DNA of 64,000 nucleotides from Camelus dromedarius (Eukaryota), in contig NC_087437.1 of NCBI RefSeq assembly GCF_036321535.1, positions 104,348,001 to 104,412,000 on the forward strand. Direction: 5' to 3'. How positions within the stretch are numbered: the stretch's first letter is position 1; every line of letters starts with the position of its first letter. Both the position numbers and the translations under genes were made by a program. Below are positions 62,667-64,000 of the stretch, piece after piece. The notes under the pieces were generated by a model that searched no databases, was not told the DNA's origin, and was given only the letters and a program-made list of their open reading frames with translations.

Positions 62667-64000
62667 CTTGGTTATTACGTCTTTTGGGGGCAAAAGAGCC
62701 ACACAATAATATAGTTTATAACCATGATTTTTAAAATATTTTTCCATCCAAAGCAGTTGTTATTTCGTCAAAGAAATGCTAATATGGAAAAATAGTGATT
62801 AAAGTGGAAATGGTCAACACTGATCTGATTGAACAGGGTTAATGATCTGAAGTTCTCACTCACAATATCATCATAGTTCTCCCTCAACTTGAAAGCCTTT
62901 ACAAAAGATAAAAGAGAGAAGGAAGAAGTTATAAGACACAGAAAGATGTAAGATACTTGAAACTCAGTGGATTGTTAATTGCATTAATATTAAGCAGAAT
63001 CTGAAGGAAGAAGAGTAAGTAACTTCCAAAATATTGTATCAATTGAGATTTTCTTTTAAAGTGGTAATGAAAGTGCTGCCAACAGCTCTGGCTAACATAA
63101 AATTAATACTTTTTGCTATTCTGTCTTTTTGGTATGAAGTGATCCTATGTTATATTGCAGACATTCTGCCTTATCTTGGGTATTTTCAGAAAGTAATAAG
63201 AAATGTCATTCAAGGATGTTTGAAGAACTAGAGATCAGAGAGCAAAAAGCCCTTTGATCTTCCTTTGAGTAAAAGAGATATCAAATTGGCAAATGTTATT
63301 ATAAAGTATAATAGCAATCCCATTAACTGAAAAAAAATCATATATTGGCATGATGCTCAATAGAAAAAATAAAGTTTATTATCATATAACCTTAATAACA
63401 GTTCAAGCTCTATAGGAAAACTAAAAATCAGCTGGATTATTCAGCCTTTCAAGTCACTGCAGAAGATAACTTCTGTCTATTGCTTTAAAGTTGTGCTAAA
63501 AAATTTATGAAATAACTTTTTCTTAATTGAAGTAATCAATAATGTTTTGTGTACTTCAGCAACAGTTATTAACTGACATTAACTGATCATAAGAATATTG
63601 GAGCAACAATGTTAATCAAAAACAGTCCTACATTCCTTAATAGCTCCCAATGTGACAATAGCCAAGAAGATAAGAAGTATTTCCAAATAAACGTGCAGTG
63701 ATGATCTTAGTCTCTAAGTAAGTCCATTTTCTTATATTTCAAAACAACAATTTATTCATTAAAGCAAAGGAAGCATCTAATATGTTGTATTCAAACTGCA
63801 GATGAACTTGTTCGCCTGCTATTTCACAAAGCTCCACAATTCCTTTGTTCAGCACATAGTCTTTGAGTTCCTACAAGGTTCTAGTCAGTATTCTAACTGC
63901 CAGAGATTCCTGAGTGTTGGAAGAGTCCATCAAAAAGACATGACTGCTGAGATGTCCCTCAAGCTGGACCTGCGCAACTGGGGCAACTGGAGGCTCCCCC

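Noticed and set aside
1..64000. All ORFs in the supplied track as protein-coding genes
   Set aside because: All are 60-104 aa, many start at non-ATG codons, and none resembles a protein I recognise. Many lie antisense in L1/LTR fossils or in microsatellites (e.g. 42635-42941).
1..64000. A novel multi-gene system, CRISPR array, RNA gene, NUMT or non-retroviral endogenous viral element
   Set aside because: I saw no repeat-spacer array, no tRNA/rRNA/snRNA-like sequence, no long or interrupted viral-like frame and no mitochondrial-like tract. A sensitive tBLASTn/Infernal search would be needed to exclude very decayed ones.

Overview
AT-rich, apparently gene-free eutherian genomic DNA, either a deep intron or an intergenic region. 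A large part is fossil transposable elements: MIR, L2, L1ME/L1MC, MaLR (MLT1), ERVL (MLT2, LTR16-like), ERV1-type LTRs, and Tigger/hAT DNA transposons. Several younger lineage-specific L1 3' tails and an ERV2-type solo LTR are also present. I saw no Alu, Bov-A/BovB, PRE1, SINEC or ERE SINEs. The young L1 tails match my recollection of camelid L1, so a camelid or other non-ruminant cetartiodactyl is the best guess. No ORF in the track looks like a real protein, and I found no RNA gene, CRISPR array or new multi-gene system. The interesting observations are mechanistic: nested insertions with intact target-site duplications (TSDs), an ERV2-type LTR with a doubled end and a PBS-like stub, 3'-truncated L1 inserts, a candidate L1 3' transduction, a perfect 24-bp palindrome inside an old LTR, and a pentamer repeat that records CpG decay. 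Family names come from recalled consensus sequences and need RepeatMasker/Dfam confirmation. Boundaries of old elements are approximate unless a TSD is quoted.
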